Assembly (NCBI GenBank): GCA_963778655.1
Contig: CAVZVA010000010.1
Location: 1,408,001 to 1,472,000 of the forward strand
Direction: 5' to 3'
DNA: 64,000 nucleotides
DNA from: an uncultured delta proteobacterium
GTDB lineage: Bacteria; Myxococcota_A; Polyangia; Polyangiales; JAFGIB01
A program made the position numbers and the translations under genes. The stretch's first letter is position 1. Each line of letters begins with the position of its first letter. The notes beneath the pieces are model-generated. The model saw only the letters and a list, made by a program, of their open reading frames with translations. It did no database searches and had not been told where the DNA came from. Below are positions 9,338-22,492 of the stretch, one piece after another.

Positions 9338-11299
9338 TCACTCGGCGGGTTGCGGGCTGCTGCCGTCCCGGCGGCCCGCGGCCAGCGGCCAGACCGCGCT
9401 GCCGATCAGGAACAGCAGCACCACGGCTTGAGCGCCCAGGCTCTCGGCGCTGGGATGGATGCCGAGCCAGGGCAGCTCGGGGAAGCGCAGCTCGGTCACG
9501 CCGAGCACGCCGGCTTCCTGCAGCGAGTGCACGCCGTTGCCCGTGAGCGCGAACACCAGCAGCGCGAGCAGCGCGCTCGAGGCCAGCATGAACGGCCGCG
9601 GGCGCAGGCGCTGGCCCACGCGCTTGAGCACGAGTGAGACCAGCACCAGCGCGCCGAGCCCGAGCCCCGCGCCCAGCCACACGCGGTTCTGGCTCTCGCC
9701 GGCGTCGAGCAGCAGCGCCTTGAAGAACAGCACGATCTCGAACGCCTCGCGGTAAGCCGCCAGAAACGACAGCCCGAGGATGCCCAGCGCGGCGCTGCGG
9801 CTCGCGGTGGCCTTGCCCAGACCCCGCGCCACGAAGCCCATGAAGCGGCGCGAGGTGATCTGCCCGAGCAGCCAGTGGGTGACGCCCAGCAGCACCGTGG
9901 CCGCGACCAGCGTGGCGATGCCTTCGGCCAGCTCGCGCTGCAGGCCCGAGAGCAGCTCGCCGAGCAGCCACCAGGTGAGCAGCCCGCAGCCGGCCGCGAG
10001 CACCCAGCCGGCGTGGACGTACCTGGCCAGCTGCGGCGCGCCGCGCTTGCGTACCAGCGCGAGCAGCGCGCCGATCAACAGCGCGATTTCGAGGCCCTCG
10101 CGCAGCGCGATGGTGAGCGCCCCCCAGAATGCAGTGGTGGCGCTGGCGCCGCCCTCCGCCCGGGCGAGCAGCGTCTCCACGTGCGCCGCCAGCGCGTCCA
10201 CCCGGCGCGGCTCGGCGCCCCTGGCAACCGCCGAACGCAACGCCAACATGGCGCGCTCGACCTCTTGCACCAGCGCGCGGTCGTGCGCCGCGATCGCGGC
10301 CTCGTGCGGCTCGAAGCCGTCGAGGTACGCGGCCACCAGCTCGCGGCGCGCAGTGGCGCGATCGCCCGCGCGGTACGCCACAAGGCCCGCGTGCAGCAGC
10401 TGGCGCGTGCGCGACAGGCGCGTGCCTGCGACGGCCGCGGCGCGCTCGAACGGGGCTCCGGCGCGCAGGTAGGCCAGCGCCTGCTCGCGCGCCTGTGCGT
10501 TCGGCAGGCTGCCGAGCGCATGCAGGATGTCCTCGTCGGTCAGCGCCGCAAGCCCGGCGGCTGAGGTGGGGAGCTCCGCGCCCGAACGTGCCAGCCAGTG
10601 TTTGCCCGCGTCGAGGTCCTCGTGGCGGTGGCGCAGAGACAGCACGTAGAACGCGAGGCTCCAGCGCTGCGCTTCGCTCAGCTGCGGGTAGGGCCGCATG
10701 GCGGTGCCGGGTACGCCGAAGGTGATGGCGTGGAAGGCGCGGTGCGCCGAGACCGCGGCCATCCGCGCCGGATCGAGGAAGTCGGCCGGCCGCGGGGAGA
10801 GCTTGCGCGCGGCTTCGGTGTCGGCACTGCCGTCGGCCCCGTGGCAGCTGGTGCAGCCTTGCTGCGCGAACAGTGCGACCGCTTCGGTGCGCGAGGGTGT
10901 GGTCTGCGGGCTCAGCGTGACGCCGTGCTCCCGTACGATCAGGTCGCGTGCCTCGCGGCACAGCGCCGCCACCTCGCTGGGGGGCCGGCGATCCTGCAAG
11001 GCCTGGCGCAACGCGTTCAGCCGCGCGCGCAACGCGTCCCTCGGGCCGAGACCGGCCTGGCTCCCCAGCGCCGTCGCCTCCTCGGCCAGCGAGCGCTGCT
11101 CGGCGTATTCGCCGGGGTCGCGTACCTGGCCAGCCGCAGAAACCGCCTGAGGGTAGTCCCCCGCGATGTACTCGAGGATGCCGGCGACCTGCTGCAGGGC
11201 CGAGTCTGAGGCCGGCGGGGCCGCGGCGACCCCAAGCGTGCTGCCAAGAACTACCAACCCAGCGAAACCAGACGCAATTCCAGGCCACGACCGCAACAT
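9338..11299 (-). CDS. Cytochrome c-Ftr1/EfeU family iron permease fusion (PbrT-like)
   Basis: Signal peptide, LEYIAGDY, CTSCH heme motif, REGLE and REAFE motifs, multi-TM C-terminus. Confidence 0.9.
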   Translation of the reverse strand: MLRSWPGIASGFAGLVVLGSTLGVAAAPPASDSALQQVAGILEYIAGDYPQAVSAAGQVRDPGEYAEQRSLAEEATALGSQAGLGPRDALRARLNALRQALQDRRPPSEVAALCREARDLIVREHGVTLSPQTTPSRTEAVALFAQQGCTSCHGADGSADTEAARKLSPRPADFLDPARMAAVSAHRAFHAITFGVPGTAMRPYPQLSEAQRWSLAFYVLSLRHRHEDLDAGKHWLARSGAELPTSAAGLAALTDEDILHALGSLPNAQAREQALAYLRAGAPFERAAAVAGTRLSRTRQLLHAGLVAYRAGDRATARRELVAAYLDGFEPHEAAIAAHDRALVQEVERAMLALRSAVARGAEPRRVDALAAHVETLLARAEGGASATTAFWGALTIALREGLEIALLIGALLALVRKRGAPQLARYVHAGWVLAAGCGLLTWWLLGELLSGLQRELAEGIATLVAATVLLGVTHWLLGQITSRRFMGFVARGLGKATASRSAALGILGLSFLAAYREAFEIVLFFKALLLDAGESQNRVWLGAGLGLGALVLVSLVLKRVGQRLRPRPFMLASSALLALLVFALTGNGVHSLQEAGVLGVTELRFPELPWLGIHPSAESLGAQAVVLLFLIGSAVWPLAAGRRDGSSPQPAE

Positions 11300-11317
11300 C
11301 GCGAGTGTCCTATCGCA

Positions 11318-11336
11318 AATGAAAATCGCTTTCAAT
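11318..11336. promoter_or_regulatory. Fur-box-like site AATGAAAATCGCTTTCAAT
   Basis: 7-1-7-like TGAAAAT-C-GCTTTCA resembling TGATAAT-N-ATTATCA, about 20 bp upstream of the permease start and next to fur. Confidence 0.65.
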
Positions 11337-11564
11337 AGCTTCCTGACAATGTGGCGACCCGCAGAGGGCTGCGCAAGCCGGGAAGGGGGCTTTTTGGATG
11401 CAACAGAAGGCGAGGTGACGGGGAAGGAGGGGTGGCTCTGGCTTTGCGGGGGGACGCCAGGCGTCCAACGGGCCCGCACGCCGCAGCGGGCCGCCCGGCG
11501 GTCCGACGGGGGCGGCGCGGAGGAGCGCGACTACGAGGACCAGGACCACGAAGAAACGGGGGGG

Positions 11565-12017
11565 TCAGTGCTGGCAGCGGTCGCAGAGGCCGTAGAGCTC
11601 GTGCTTGTGGCTGACCAACTTGAAGCCGTGGCGGCGGGCCAGGGCTTCCTGCAGGCGCTCGATCTCGCTGTCCTCGAACTCGACGATGCGCTTGCACTGC
11701 AGGCAGATCAGGTGGTCGTGGTGGCTGTCGTGATAGGCGACCTCAAAGCGCGTCACGGTGTCCTCGAACTGGCGTTCGTTGGCCAGCCCGCACTCAACCA
11801 GCAGCTTGAGCGTGCGGTACACCGTGGCGTAGCCGACCTTGGGGTCGCGCTTGCGAACCAGGCCGAGCAAGTCGTCGATCGACAGGTGTCCGCCCGTGCG
11901 GAAGAAGATCTCGCTGACCAGGCGCCGCTGCGTGGTGGAGCGCAGCCCCTTGCGCTCCATATAGGCGCTGAGCTGGTCCTGAAGGACTTCGATCGTCTGA
12001 TCGGTCGCCTGCGCCAT
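11565..12017 (-). CDS. fur: Fur family transcriptional regulator
   Basis: GLRSTTQR, ATVYRTL, HHDHLICLQC, CDRC; Zur/PerR-type paralogue not excluded. Confidence 0.85.
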   Translation of the reverse strand: MAQATDQTIEVLQDQLSAYMERKGLRSTTQRRLVSEIFFRTGGHLSIDDLLGLVRKRDPKVGYATVYRTLKLLVECGLANERQFEDTVTRFEVAYHDSHHDHLICLQCKRIVEFEDSEIERLQEALARRHGFKLVSHKHELYGLCDRCQH

Positions 12018-12067
12018 AGGTCCCGCGCCCCCCGACCTCCAACAAGACATAAGGTAGCATTCGATTC

Positions 12068-13636
12068 ATGTCGAGAGGGGCGCCGCCGCGGCCTGCTTCC
12101 GCGCTCTCCCGGCTCGCGGATCTCGGGGCGAAGCTCCTGCTCCCGGCGGGCGCCGCGCTGACCCTGCTGGTGGTGGTGCGCGACTCGGCGCGGAGCATCG
12201 ACCACGACCTGCAGCTGGTGGCCCCCGCCCGCGCCCGCGCCGGCGACACCCTGCCGGTGCGCGGCCTGCTCTACGCCGGGCTGCAGCGCGCGGCCGGCCC
12301 GCAACTGGCTACCGCAGAGGTCGCGCTCGAGCTGCGCGCGGCCGGCGGGCGTGTGCTCGCGCGCGCGCCGCTGCGCGCCTCGTTCGCGCAAAGCATGGAC
12401 GCTTTGTTGGTGCTGCCCGCGGGCTATGCGGGCCGCGCCCAGCTGCGCGCGCGCGCCGAGATCGACGGCGACCACGTGCTGGTGGCGCGCGCGCTGCAGC
12501 TCGACCCGGCCGGCGCCGCCGCGCCCCCGGCGCCGCCGCCGGGCGAGCGCCCGCTGCCGCCGCTACAGCGCCTGGTCGCCGGCCCGGTGCGCGCGGCCGG
12601 CGCGGATGCCCAGCCGCCGGGCGTGCTCGCGCTCGCGATCGAGGGCGGCGCCTGCGTCCCCGAACGGCCCTGCCGCGCGTTCCTGCACGTGGGCGCGCCC
12701 GCCGCTGCCGTGCGGGTGCTGGCGACCCCGTCGGTGACGCCCGCGCCGGCGAGCGCGCGGCCCTCGGCCGAGACCAGCGGCGTTTTGGGGCTGGGCTTCA
12801 CCACCCACGGGCCGGAGGCCGAGCTGCAGCTCGAGGCCACGCGCGCCGGCGTCGTGGTCGCGAGCCGCGCCTATCGACTGGCGGTCGCGCTCGGCGCGGT
12901 CGCCGCGCGCGAGCTGCCTGCGCTGATCGCGGCGCCCGCGCGGCCGCCGCTGGGGCTGCTCGGCGACGAGCGTGGTTGCATTGTGGACGGGTTTCTGCAG
13001 GACCGCTGGCTACGTACTGGCGCGCTGCGCGCGTGCGACGGCCACGAGCCGTTGCCGTTTGCCGCGCTGCAGCCCGGGCTGTGGCGGCTGCAGCTGCGGC
13101 GCGACCCGTTCGCCGCGCAGAGCGCCGCGGTGCGCAGCCTGTACGTGACGCGCGCCGGCCAACGCCCCGACGACGTGCTGGTGCAGCTGGCCGCGGCCGT
13201 GCTCGCGCGCGCGCCCGACGATGCGCTGGCCCGCGCGGTGAGCGCCGACCCTGGCGCGCACGCTGGCGCGCAACTCGACCCGACTGCGCACTATCTACTC
13301 TCGCGGCTGGATGCCGGTATCGTCGCCTTGCCGCCCGCCGCCTCGAGCTACCCGGCCGCGCGCGCGCGGCTCGCGATCGAGCGCACGCGACTGCGCAAGC
13401 TGTCATTGCTGGCGCTGGCGCTGTGCGCCTTCACGCTCGGGCTGCTGGTCGCGCAGCGCGGCCTGCGCGCGGTCTCCCAGGCCGGGCGGCTGATGGCCGA
13501 GGCGGGGCAAGATGCCCGCGAGCTCGAGCACCAGCGCCTGCGCCGGGTGCTGCGCGTGATGGCCACGGTCACCAGCCTGTTGCTGGCCTTCGTCGCCATC
13601 GCCGTGTACATGGTCGCGCGCAGCCACGGGCCTTGA
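12068..13636 (+). CDS. Hypothetical membrane protein
   Basis: Long ORF with coding-like codon usage; one N-terminal and two C-terminal TM segments. Confidence 0.65.
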   Translation: MSRGAPPRPASALSRLADLGAKLLLPAGAALTLLVVVRDSARSIDHDLQLVAPARARAGDTLPVRGLLYAGLQRAAGPQLATAEVALELRAAGGRVLARAPLRASFAQSMDALLVLPAGYAGRAQLRARAEIDGDHVLVARALQLDPAGAAAPPAPPPGERPLPPLQRLVAGPVRAAGADAQPPGVLALAIEGGACVPERPCRAFLHVGAPAAAVRVLATPSVTPAPASARPSAETSGVLGLGFTTHGPEAELQLEATRAGVVVASRAYRLAVALGAVAARELPALIAAPARPPLGLLGDERGCIVDGFLQDRWLRTGALRACDGHEPLPFAALQPGLWRLQLRRDPFAAQSAAVRSLYVTRAGQRPDDVLVQLAAAVLARAPDDALARAVSADPGAHAGAQLDPTAHYLLSRLDAGIVALPPAASSYPAARARLAIERTRLRKLSLLALALCAFTLGLLVAQRGLRAVSQAGRLMAEAGQDARELEHQRLRRVLRVMATVTSLLLAFVAIAVYMVARSHGP

Positions 13637-13774
13637 AGCGCAGGCGAGGCCGAGTCCTTGCAGGTTCGCGGGCTTGTCCCAAGCTTGGGAGCGGAGGCTT
13701 GCGCGGCCCGGAGTGCATGCTTAGGCTGCACCGGATCTTCAACCCTTCACCCGGCCGCCTCGGACGCGCTTCGC

Positions 13775-16975
<3,201 letters not shown>

Positions 16976-17142
16976 GCCGCGCCGCGCGCGACCGTGACGG
17001 GCGGTGCGTCCTCGCGGAGCACGGCCTCGCTTCGGCTCCGGAACGCTCCCGTTCAACGACGTGGGGAGAGTCTCTGCGCGCGCACTGGGATGGCCTGGCC
17101 GCGGCCGATGAACGGCGGCGCGGAGCGCCCCAGTGGGGCAGC

Positions 17143-17159
17143 AAGCCGCTTCGCGGCTT
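17143..17159. terminator. Hairpin AAGCCGC-TTC-GCGGCTT between convergent secA and MFS genes
   Basis: 7-bp perfect stem abutting the MFS stop codon; no clear U-tract. Confidence 0.3.
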
Positions 17160-18517
17160 CACACGTATTCGTCGCGTAGGGTGCGCGCGGCCAGCAGGAA
17201 GTGCAGGGCCGCCCAGATGTTGAGGGACACCAGCACGCGTAGCGCCCAGACCAAACCGTTGGCGGTGGCCTGGACATCGGTCATGCCTTGCGCCAGCAGA
17301 TGCGCGCGGAAGAAGTCGCTCAGCACGCCTGCCGTGAGCGGTCCAAGGCCGAGGCCGATGAGATTGACGATGAACAGCAACAGAGCGGAGCCGACCGCGC
17401 GCTCGTGCGCCGAGACCAGGCGATTGGCAGACGCGAAGGTCGGCCCGAGGTACATCGAGCCCAGCGCGATCGTGACCAGGATCAACCCCATCACGACCCG
17501 TGCGTCCGTGGCCGCGTACACCGCCAGCGAGAGCGGCGTGTTCAACACGACCGCGATGCTCGGGATCCAGAGCTGAAAGCGGGCATCGTTGCGACGATTG
17601 GTCATGCGGTCGGCGAGTCGGCCTCCGAACGTCGTACCGATGAGCCCGCCGATGGCGGTCACAACCCCGAGGCGCAGCCCGACTTGCATCAGGCTCATGC
17701 CGTGGCTGCGCATCAGGAACGCAGGATAGAACGCGCCCACGCCGTAGCCGACGAATGCGTGCAGCGCGGCGGCCATCGAGAGATGGCGGAACGAGCGCTT
17801 CGCCCAGATTCTGGCCATCACGCGACCCATCGGCGGAGCGGACGTCACCGCGCTGGGGGAAGCGACGTCGGAGAGCCCGCGGGGCGGCTCGCGCAGCGAG
17901 AGCTTGGTGACCAGCGCAAGCACGACGCCGGGCAAGCCCACGACGAAGAACGCCGCCCGCCATCCGTGGCGCTGTGCGATCCCACCGCTGACGACCAGGC
18001 CGAGGAACACGCCGCCGTAAATGCCCGCCGAGTAGGTGGCCAAGGCGGTGGTGCGGCGCTTGGGCTCGAAGTAGTCGCTGATCAAGGAATACGCCGAGGG
18101 ACTGCAGCCGGCTTCGCCGATGCCGACCGCGATGCGCGTGACGAACAGGTGAAGGAAGCTGCGCGCGAGGCCGGTCGCGGCGGTACACAGGCTCCAGAGC
18201 AGCAGCGAAATCGAGATGATGTTGACGCGACTGCCGCGGTCCGCGAGGCGTGCGATCGGAATGCCGAGGGTGGAGTACAGCACCGCGAACGCGAGCCCGC
18301 CGAGCAGGCCCATCTGCGAGTCCGAAAGCCCGAACTCGAGCTTGATTGGCTGCACCAGGATCGAAAGGATCGAGCGATCGACGAAGTTGAAGACGTAGAT
18401 CAGGAACAACAGCCACAACACGTACTGGCGATAGCGCTCGCGAACTTCGAACCCGCCGGCGGGGAGCGGTTGCTCCGCGTTCGTTAGAGGCCGCTCCTCG
18501 GTCGAGGCGTCGGTCAT
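17159..18517 (-). CDS. MFS transporter, spinster family
   Basis: NFVDRSIL, LSDSQMGLL, RLADRGSR, RIAVGIGEA, 12 TM; GGAGG RBS. Confidence 0.9.
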   Translation of the reverse strand: MTDASTEERPLTNAEQPLPAGGFEVRERYRQYVLWLLFLIYVFNFVDRSILSILVQPIKLEFGLSDSQMGLLGGLAFAVLYSTLGIPIARLADRGSRVNIISISLLLWSLCTAATGLARSFLHLFVTRIAVGIGEAGCSPSAYSLISDYFEPKRRTTALATYSAGIYGGVFLGLVVSGGIAQRHGWRAAFFVVGLPGVVLALVTKLSLREPPRGLSDVASPSAVTSAPPMGRVMARIWAKRSFRHLSMAAALHAFVGYGVGAFYPAFLMRSHGMSLMQVGLRLGVVTAIGGLIGTTFGGRLADRMTNRRNDARFQLWIPSIAVVLNTPLSLAVYAATDARVVMGLILVTIALGSMYLGPTFASANRLVSAHERAVGSALLLFIVNLIGLGLGPLTAGVLSDFFRAHLLAQGMTDVQATANGLVWALRVLVSLNIWAALHFLLAARTLRDEYV

Positions 18518-18698
18518 CCGCATCCCTCCGCCCCTACTGTTCTCAAAAACGAGCAAATTGCATCAGCGCGAGTGACCAATCTTCACCGGTCGACCCGCCT
18601 GGCGGCCCTCGAATGTTCCCAAATGCGGAGTGCGTCGCCGCGATCGCCCTGTGGAAGCGCCTCCGGGGACCTCAAATGCCACCACCATCGAGGTGGCC

Positions 18699-18723
18699 AG
18701 AGCACCGAACATATTGAAACGTG
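18699..18723 (+). repeat. Solo copy of the terminal repeat of the MITE-like element at 38644-38814
   Basis: AGAGCACCGAACATATTGAAACGTG is the exact reverse complement of 38788-38812. Confidence 0.8.
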
Positions 18724-18764
18724 CGGTGTCGCAGGCCGCTCCAGCCGCGACGAGAGTCTGGCTT

Positions 18765-19080
18765 GGGGAGAGCAGCACGAGACCGACCGCAAAGCCCGCG
18801 CCTTTGCCGAAGCGCTCAGCGAGCGCGATCGATAGAATGACGTAGACGACGAGGCTGACCACAGCGATCAGCATCAGCACGATCGACCACACCGTTTTCC
18901 AACGATCTCGAGAAACACCACCGCGTTGCAGATCGGGGCGATCGCCGCCCAACCCGGTTTGCCAGGCTTGGTGAAGAGCTTCCAGCCGGCAACGCTCATC
19001 ACCACCACCAGCGCCAGCTCGACCAGCACCACGAATAGCCCAACCGCGCCCGCTGCTTGATCACCATGCAGGGAGCCCAT
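18765..19080 (-). pseudogene. DUF5684-like membrane protein, frameshifted and 3'-truncated
   Basis: WKLFTKPGKPGWAAIAPICN...EIVGK in one frame continues as WSIVLMLI...LAERFGKGAGFAVGLVLL in another (shift near 18893); similarity stops about 40 bp from the MITE-end copy. Confidence 0.65.
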
Positions 19081-19343
19081 CCTCGATCTGCATCGGCGCT
19101 GAATTCAACCGGCGCGATCGCCGGCGCATGCCGATGACAGCCTGAGTTTGGATCGGCGCTCGCGATTCTGGACCGCCTCCCGCAGCGTTCAGAGGTGCGG
19201 TGTTCGCCGCCGATCTGCGGGCGTCGATGACATGCACGACACGCCGCCGGCTTGCGGCGGCCGCGCTCGATGACCGCCGCGGTGCCCGCCGATTTTTTGA
19301 CCGGCGGCGGCGCGTGCCTGACAACGGGCGGGCGGAGGTGCGC

Positions 19344-19946
19344 ATGAGCGGCACGGCTCGGGTCACGGACGAGGTCAGCTTCTGGCGCAAGCGCGGCGAG
19401 CTCAGGCAGGCGGTGCGGGTGGTGCGCACCCGCAAGCCCGAGCGGTTGCGCTGGCGCGCTGCCCTCGCCACCGTCAGCGAGGCTGCGGCCCCGCTGCGCG
19501 GGCTGCGGCGCGCGCAGGTCGAGGAGCCCGTGCGCGAGCTGGTGCTCGATCTGTACGACCGCATTCTGCGGCGCGAGGCCGTGCTCGATGCGCGCCGCTA
19601 TGGCGTCGACCTCGATCGCGGCGAGGTGCTGCCCGCCCGTACCCGCTGGGATCTCAAGCGCACCGCGTTCCTCACCGGCGTCGATCACGAGGTACTGGCG
19701 CACTATCTGAAGCTGCCTGACGACTTCGGCCGGCCCATCGACACCGCGGGCGCGGTGGTGGTCTCGCGCGCGCTCGCCGGCGCCCACAAGCAGCGTGCCG
19801 AACGCTTGCTGCAACGCGTGGGCGATCCGAATCAGCGCATGCTCGCGCGCCACGAGCAGATCATGCTCGAGCGCGCCGATTACGAGCGCGACCTGGCCCG
19901 CCGCTGGGCCGCCCTCTCCAAGACCCTGGTGCAGGGCTCGCGCTGA
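19344..19946 (+). CDS. Hypothetical protein
   Basis: GGAGG RBS before ATG 19344; strong GC3 bias; no recognised domain. Confidence 0.7.
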   Translation: MSGTARVTDEVSFWRKRGELRQAVRVVRTRKPERLRWRAALATVSEAAAPLRGLRRAQVEEPVRELVLDLYDRILRREAVLDARRYGVDLDRGEVLPARTRWDLKRTAFLTGVDHEVLAHYLKLPDDFGRPIDTAGAVVVSRALAGAHKQRAERLLQRVGDPNQRMLARHEQIMLERADYERDLARRWAALSKTLVQGSR

Positions 19947-20097
19947 GCCAGCCGGCCCTCGATCCATCGTAGTGGCAGCCGATCGGCGGTTCGAGCACGC
20001 GCGCGGCTACGTAACGAGGAAGCGCAACGACCCGCGCGGGAGGGTGGGGCCCCGACAGCTTCGCCGGCGGGGCGGGAGGGTCGCGAGACCCTTCCGG

Positions 20098-21090
20098 TTA
20101 CGGAGATGGCGCGCAGACCGACATCGAGTTGCCCGATTGCAGGCTCTGGCAGGAGTAGTTGGTCGGGCAATCGGGGGCGCTCGGGTCGCAGGTCGAAAGG
20201 CACACTCCGGAGGAGCTGCTCGAGATCGCCACGCACAGCGCCTTGTCGGAATAGAAGCCGCAGCAATCTCCGTGGTTCTGGCAGCTGTCGCCTGCGTTGG
20301 CGCAGGTGCGCGGACCGCAGTCCGAGCAGTCGGTGCCGCGCGGGCAGCTCGAGTCGACCGAGCTGTTGCCGCCGTCCTCGCACTGGCCGTCGTTGGCCAG
20401 ATCGCCGCCGGTGCCGTTGGAGAGCGTGCCGCAGGTGTCGCTGCAGCCGTAGTCAGGGTTGAGCACGCAGCTCGGATCATCGAAGAAGCAGCCGGCGATG
20501 TACACGTTGGTGTCCATGTCCTGGTAGCCGAACTCCTCGCAGGTGCGCTCGGTTTCGCCCGCGCACACCATCTGTACGCACTTGGTGTCGGTGCCGCAGG
20601 TCTGCGCGCATACCTTGTAGAGGTCGCCGCCCGGGTCGCACGCGCCCGCGCTGCAGCTGGAGCTCTCGCACAGCGCTTGCTCGTTCTGGCAGAACGCCGC
20701 GCACCAGGCGCGGCACGCCGAGTCGAAGGAGTCGCCGGGACAGGCGACTGCGCCGGCGTCCGTGCCGGCGTCCGTGCCGGCGTCGGACTTGGATCCGGCG
20801 TCGGACTTGGATCCGGCGTCGGACTTGGATCCGGCGTCGGACTTGGACCCCGCGTCGGACTTCGACCCCGCGTCGGACTTCGACCCGCCGGTACCGCCCT
20901 TGCCCGTTTCGCCGCCGTCGTTGCCGCCCTTGCAAATGCCTGCGACGCAGCGCGCCCCGCCGCTACACGCGTTCGTCTGCGTGCAGGCGCAGCCGGGCTC
21001 GCCGCGCTTGCACTTGCCGGCGTTCGAGCAGGCGGCGAGCAGGGTGCCGGCGCCCAGCAAGCAACACAACAGCGCGGCTGAATCTCTCAT
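20098..21090 (-). CDS. Cys-rich lipoprotein with (GSKSDA)6 linker
   Basis: AAGGAG RBS, LLAA-C lipobox, GEPGCAC module, CSDTC...NDGQCEDGG...CPRGTDCSDCGPR module. Confidence 0.8.
   Translation of the reverse strand: MRDSAALLCCLLGAGTLLAACSNAGKCKRGEPGCACTQTNACSGGARCVAGICKGGNDGGETGKGGTGGSKSDAGSKSDAGSKSDAGSKSDAGSKSDAGSKSDAGTDAGTDAGAVACPGDSFDSACRAWCAAFCQNEQALCESSSCSAGACDPGGDLYKVCAQTCGTDTKCVQMVCAGETERTCEEFGYQDMDTNVYIAGCFFDDPSCVLNPDYGCSDTCGTLSNGTGGDLANDGQCEDGGNSSVDSSCPRGTDCSDCGPRTCANAGDSCQNHGDCCGFYSDKALCVAISSSSSGVCLSTCDPSAPDCPTNYSCQSLQSGNSMSVCAPSP
20777..20884. repeat. 18-bp coding tandem repeat x6
   Basis: CCGGCGTCGGACTTGGAT and variants, encoding the SKSDAG repeats. Confidence 0.9.
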
Positions 21091-21104
21091 CGAGACAAGC
21101 TCCT

Positions 21105-22163
21105 TTAGAAGCGCACGCGACAGCTCGCGCCCGCGCCCGTAGGCACGCATAGCGCCGCGTGTTCCTTGTTGCTGTTCTGGCCGTTGAGGACCAATCCGTA
21201 GATCAGCGTCGCGATCGCACCCACGCCCAGGGTCGCGGTCAGCCCGATGGCGATCGTGCGCTGGGTGCTGACCGCGTTCTTGTTCGGGCAGTAGTTCGCC
21301 GGATCGTCACAGCCGCTCAGCTCGCTGGCGCGGTTGATGGTCCAGATCACGCCCACCACCGCGCCCGCGCCCAGCACGCCGCTGGCGATGAAGAACGGCG
21401 TCGGGTCGCCACCTCCGCCGCTGCGCGCTCCGGCGTCGGCGTTCGCGGTTGCGCCGGCCGGCGTGAGCTCCCCGCCCGGTCCCGAGGCTTCCATCTGCAC
21501 CGGGACGTCGACCACCTGGCCCGCGGGCACGACCACGTTGGCCACGAAGTCCCTGTGACCGGCCAGCGAGATCACCACGCGGTGGTTGCCGGGCTGCACT
21601 GGAATGCGATCAGGCCGCGGCAGCAGCCCCCAGTCGTGGCCGCTGACATTGACGGCCGCGCCTTCGGGGCCGCCCACCAGCCGGATGCCGGTGGCCTGCA
21701 GGCGCTGCTGGAGCGCTGCCATGCGCGCGGTGGCGTCGGCGTAGTACGGGTCATCGGGATCGGCTGTGCTCAGGTAGCCCTGCAGCGCGGTGGCGGCCTC
21801 CGTGAGCTGACCCAGGCGCTCCAGGGCCTGGTAGATGTTGTATTGGATGCGCGGCCGCGGGTCTTCCTTGAAGGCCGCTTGCCACTCGCTCACCGCCAGC
21901 GGGTAGTTCCCCTTTTCATAAGCGCTTTCGCCGCGTTTGAAGTGATCGCGGGCGCTTTCGGGCGGCGCCGCGGGGGCCGCGGTTGCGCCCGCTGCCGGCG
22001 TGGCGGCGGGCTGGGCTGCGGCGGGCTGGGCTGCGGCCGGCTGGGCTGCGGCCGGCTGGGCCGGCGCCGCCTGAGCCTGGGGCGCCGGGGTTTGGGCGCG
22101 CGCGTTTCGCGCGGCCAGTGGGCTCACCAGCAGCGCAAGCACAAGCCAAGTCGATGATCGCAT
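21105..22163 (-). CDS. TPR + PEGA domain protein
   Basis: Signal peptide, PAAAQ repeats, ARDHFKRGESAYEKGNY TPR, PEGAAVNV...PGNHRVVISLAGHRDF, C-terminal TM hairpin. Confidence 0.85.
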   Translation of the reverse strand: MRSSTWLVLALLVSPLAARNARAQTPAPQAQAAPAQPAAAQPAAAQPAAAQPAATPAAGATAAPAAPPESARDHFKRGESAYEKGNYPLAVSEWQAAFKEDPRPRIQYNIYQALERLGQLTEAATALQGYLSTADPDDPYYADATARMAALQQRLQATGIRLVGGPEGAAVNVSGHDWGLLPRPDRIPVQPGNHRVVISLAGHRDFVANVVVPAGQVVDVPVQMEASGPGGELTPAGATANADAGARSGGGGDPTPFFIASGVLGAGAVVGVIWTINRASELSGCDDPANYCPNKNAVSTQRTIAIGLTATLGVGAIATLIYGLVLNGQNSNKEHAALCVPTGAGASCRVRF

Positions 22164-22492
22164 CGAAGTCCTCAACTCCGGGCCAAGCCAAGCAACATTT
22201 CGCTGTGAAGGTATCACAGGCCGGCAGGCCGGGAACACGAAGCGCAAGCCGGCGCCGCCGCGCATCGTGCCGGCATGCCGCCGGCGTGTCGCCGCCGAGC
22301 CGTCCACGAGGGAACAGGCGCTAGCCGCGAGGCCAACCGCAAGGATGGAAACTTATCGCCGCATTGTCTGGGCACCGCGTCGCGATAGCGTCGTGCTTTG
22401 ATGCGGCGTAGAGGGAGCTGTGGGGCGAATCACGGACGCGCGCACCTGTGCGTGCTACTGCTACGCGACCCCCATCATCGGGATCGTGGACT

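Noticed and set aside
11340..11564. Small gene or sRNA between fur and the permease
   Set aside because: The 79-aa ORF lacks an RBS and overlaps the Fur box; no recognisable RNA motif
20777..20884. Possible CRISPR array
   Set aside because: Contiguous in-frame 18-bp units without spacers and no cas genes
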